Of a stretch of 64,000 nucleotides of DNA, positions 62,633 through 64,000 are shown in pieces (the first letter of the stretch is position 1; each line of letters starts with the position of its first letter). This DNA is from Trichosphaerium sp. ATCC 40318 (lineage: Eukaryota; Protista; Tubulinea): contig JALMLS010000013.1 of assembly GCA_038496445.1 (NCBI GenBank), positions 1-64,000 on the forward strand, in the 5' to 3' direction. A program made the position numbers and the translations under genes. The notes below the pieces were generated by a model that worked only from the letters and a program-made list of their open reading frames with translations, made no database searches and was not told the DNA's origin.

Positions 62633-63973
62633 TTACTTGAAAAAAGTAGGCCAGAAGGTCACGTTGCTGTTGACATGTTTGCATCCTAGATAATCAGTCA
62701 TTTTCTTTGTTATTTGAGTGCGTTTACAATCAATATATTCAAGGCTTGTTAAATTAACAACGCCCTTGTCTGTGATTTGTGTACACTCTGTCAGATCAAT
62801 TTTCTTAACACCAACAAGACTGTTCACTCCATCGTCAGTAATATTCTTGCATCCGTAAAGGCTTATATGTTTAACACCAACTAAGTATCGAATGCCTTCA
62901 TCAGTCACACATTTTGCAAAATCAAGGAAAATTGTATGTACTCCGGCAAGTGCTTTCAATGTACTGTTGTCAACACAAGCAATACTTGTCAGATCAATCA
63001 CTTTTACACCAGCCAATTTCTTTATACCATCATTTGTTATAGATGAGCACATACCCAAATCTATATGATAAACTCCCGCTAAACACGATATAGTACCATC
63101 GTTTAGTTGAGCACAATCAAAAAGGTCTATACAAGGTATACCAGCCAAGAGTTTCAACACGTCATTTGATAGTTGAACACACGTGTCAAGTGAGATTTTC
63201 TTGATTGTTTTTGAACGTTGATTCTGTGTTAGCAAGTACTTGACTCCTTCATCAGTAATGTTGTTACAATCGCTTAAAGAGATTACACTTGCTTTTGTTA
63301 AAGCTTTTACAGCTTTATCTGTAATATTAGTTTCACTTACGTTTATCGTATGTATGCCATGTGAAATGGTGATAACTCCTTTGTCTGTGATATTTCTACA
63401 ACGACTCAAGCTAATACTATGAACTCCAGAAAGTGCTTCTAGTCCTCTATCTGTGACTTCTGTGTTTGACAAATCGATTGAATGAATACCACTAAGTCCT
63501 TGTAACCATTCATCTTTTAAATACCCTCCTGGTATGCTAAGTGTATGAAGTGATCTTAAACCAAAATTTGTAAACTTGCAATCACTTTTTCGTATCTCTA
63601 ATTCCAGATGACGTACATCCGATATATGTTCAAAAACAGCATCTGTTAACAAACCTCTGCCCTTTAATACAAGGTGGCGGACACCAGAGATGTATAAAAA
63701 GTCGTCATCGGTCATTGTAATGCCAGAAATAGATATTTTCGTATTTTTTAAAATAGGACTTCTGGAAAGTTTTGATAGATTTTCTCTTGATTTGACATTC
63801 ACTTTAAAATACCCCAAATGCTCTAAAATGATTGTAGAAAACATTCTACACACAAATGTTGCTTGTATACGACATCTTCTGCCTAATAACGCCAGTATAC
63901 AAAATATAATTTCAGTAGGCAGCCAAAGCAATTCAAATGGCCTGTAAATACAAGTCAGATAACAAGATATCAT
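62633..63973 (-). CDS. F-box + LRR protein (first exon probably beyond the window end)
   Basis: LLWLPTEIIFCIL...VCRMFSTII F-box and GV/IHxIDLxxCxxITDxG repeats. A phase-2 acceptor TTTACAG|G sits just before the F-box, as in paralogs. Confidence 0.9.
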   Translation of the reverse strand: MISCYLTCIYRPFELLWLPTEIIFCILALLGRRCRIQATFVCRMFSTIILEHLGYFKVNVKSRENLSKLSRSPILKNTKISISGITMTDDDFLYISGVRHLVLKGRGLLTDAVFEHISDVRHLELEIRKSDCKFTNFGLRSLHTLSIPGGYLKDEWLQGLSGIHSIDLSNTEVTDRGLEALSGVHSISLSRCRNITDKGVITISHGIHTINVSETNITDKAVKALTKASVISLSDCNNITDEGVKYLLTQNQRSKTIKKISLDTCVQLSNDVLKLLAGIPCIDLFDCAQLNDGTISCLAGVYHIDLGMCSSITNDGIKKLAGVKVIDLTSIACVDNSTLKALAGVHTIFLDFAKCVTDEGIRYLVGVKHISLYGCKNITDDGVNSLVGVKKIDLTECTQITDKGVVNLTSLEYIDCKRTQITKKMTDYLGCKHVNSNVTFWPTFFK

Positions 63974-64000
63974 TTGAGAGTAGAAAGGCAGCTATATAAT

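Noticed and set aside
1-64000. Alternative genetic code (stop reassignment)
   Set aside because: TAA, TAG and TGA all terminate well-supported models, and in-frame stops occur only in copies that otherwise look truncated or pseudogenised.

Overview
AT-rich, gene-dense eukaryotic DNA with many short introns (mostly 40-70 nt, donor consensus GTAYGT). The gene content suggests an amoebozoan-like protist, but this is inferred and not proven. Intron-split genes reconstructed by hand: an IQ/coiled-coil/Ras-binding-domain protein, an LRR receptor tyrosine kinase, a tetraspanin, a Rap-like GTPase, a GPI-anchored LRR surface protein, a Myb protein, a Cys-rich receptor whose kinase domain appears decayed, a GT61-like glycosyltransferase, an SGNH hydrolase, an ankyrin-PARP protein and an F-box protein. 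A dispersed family of F-box + 21/22-aa LRR genes is scattered among them: 4 apparently intact, 1 with an in-frame TGA, 1 frameshifted, and at least 3-4 LRR-only relics. They share a conserved scaffold with variable surface positions and reshuffled repeat arrays, which makes the family a candidate diversifying, immune-like SCF adaptor system. Other strong signals are about 80 copies of the palindrome CACGTG (hand count; roughly 5 expected), at least five GC-AG introns, kinase catalytic motifs on 6-17 nt micro-exons, a two-copy MITE with 3-bp target-site duplications, a second TIR element, and a 1.75-kb dispersed duplication carrying a small secreted-protein gene. All gene models are manual and need transcript confirmation. 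No rRNA, tRNA or CRISPR array was seen.
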